From: Candidatus Latescibacterota bacterium
GTDB lineage: Bacteria; Latescibacterota; UBA2968; UBA8231
Direction: 5' to 3'
Length of the DNA stretch: 64,000 nt
Assembly: GCA_965206595.1 (NCBI GenBank)
Contig: OZ242214.1
Span: 928,001-992,000 of the forward strand
Below are positions 63,026 through 64,000 of the stretch, piece by piece (position 1 is the first letter of the stretch; each line of letters opens with the position of its first letter). Both the position numbers and the translations under genes were made by a program. The notes under the pieces were generated by a model. The model saw nothing but the letters and a program-made list of their open reading frames with translations. It made no database searches and had not been told where the DNA came from.

Positions 63026-63217
63026 ATGGATTATCATAAGTATGTCTTTTGGAAGGATGGCGATATGTGGCTTGGTTACCTGGAGCGCTATCCCGACTAT
63101 TGGACCCAAGGTGAGACGCAAGAAGAGTTGCGAGAAAACCTGAAGGATCTGTACGGCGACCTCACAGGCGGCCTTATCCCTTGCGTGCGCGAGGCTGCTG
63201 TGTTGGAAATCGGATGA
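63026..63217 (+). CDS. hicB: HicB-family antitoxin (short form)
   Basis: 'WLGYLE.YPDYWTQGET.EEL.ENLKDLY'; RBS GAGG. Confidence 0.8.
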   Translation: MDYHKYVFWKDGDMWLGYLERYPDYWTQGETQEELRENLKDLYGDLTGGLIPCVREAAVLEIG

Positions 63218-63251
63218 AGCGGCGAGACTTGATCCGAGCTTTGGAAAGTAT
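63214..63251 (+). pseudogene. hicA: HicA-family toxin truncated by IS after ~13 codons
   Basis: ATGA overlap with hicB; MKRRDLIRALESMG is a typical HicA start, immediately followed by the IS terminus. Confidence 0.7.
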
Positions 63252-64000
63252 GGGTGTAGCCGCGTTTTTACGCAGCCATGGTGTAGGGTTGAGAGGTAGT
63301 CTTTTTAAGGTGCCAGTTCCAGAAAGCCTGCCATCGTTTCGATTGCACGTGGATTCGTAAGTTGAGAATCTGCTGTCCGCCTTCGCGCCTCCAGCGCATG
63401 CCGCTGCGTTTGAGTCGATGGCCGACCAGGGTCTTGGCGGCCGCCTCCACGGGACCACTGGAGAGGATCAAGCCCGAAGCGTGATAGCCGGCGTAGTCCA
63501 TTTTATCCCGGTTGTTGCGGAAGTAGCCCAGTTCGGTGGTCGCCTGACGATGGCGTTGTGATCCTTTTGGGAGTTGGCGCCGATGGTAGGCCAGGGAACG
63601 GATCAGGCCCTGAACGGCACCGGGCTCATGGCGCAGTTTGTGGCGCCATCGTCGATACCAGCGAAAAGCTTTTCCCGACCGCTTGCCGAAGAGGTGCTCG
63701 GCGGCGTGGTAGAAGTCGAGAATGCGGGTGAAGCCGTCGAACACCCCGAGCCCATCCATGGTACGCCAGATCTCGCGCTTGCCGTCGGCCAACACCACCC
63801 GGTGCTCGTAGCTCCCTTGCTGCAGCGCCCGATCCGTCTGGTTCACCAGGCCGTTGACCAAAGTTTCCATTTTCGCCTCCGGCATACGGGCGGCATAGCG
63901 CACGTCGACGCGTTGGGGTTCCTCCGCCTCGGGATCCAGCGGCGTCAGGTAGGTGGCGACCATGCCCACCCCCGCCTCTTTCCAGGCCGTGGGGGCGCTG
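63252..64000 (-). mobile_element. ISKra4/UPF0236-type element, partial (runs off window end)
   Basis: Transposase motifs 'WKEA', 'LADG...IW', 'LDFYHAAEHL', 'SGPVEAA.K..VG.RLKRSGMRW'. Confidence 0.85.

Overview
GC-rich bacterial window. Gene content (DUF6785-like membrane protein, FlgD-Ig/'PNPFTPNGDGIND' secreted proteins, proteins ending in an 'AVESxSWGRIK' tail) suggests a Latescibacterota/Poribacteria-like organism; this is inference. Positions 1-24,000 are intact. They hold a divergent carbohydrate-enzyme/transporter group and a ~16 kb same-strand envelope cluster: CBM9/DOMON-like secreted protein, three paralogous FlgD-Ig-tailed secreted proteins, a 906-aa acidic beta-barrel-like protein, a PpiC-TPR lipoprotein, a small lipoprotein and a GT-C/TPR protein. 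This cluster is the best candidate for an undescribed export/surface-assembly system. A CxxCH + FG-GAP protein convergent with an HTTM protein follows. Positions 24,400-64,000 are IS-rich and decaying: three IS66 copies plus an orphan end, IS1380, IS701, IS256, IS630, IS5, ISL3 and ISKra4-like elements. They also contain a broken type I R-M locus beside an IS-split ParA-like ATPase pair, a frameshifted TonB-dependent receptor operon, a tandem array of diversifying CBM9-like paralogs, deletion-fusion pseudogenes, a 6S-like RNA candidate, an mltF-like gene and a hicBA pair with a truncated toxin. No rRNA, tRNA, CRISPR array or reverse transcriptase was seen. All family calls come from motif recognition, not database searches.
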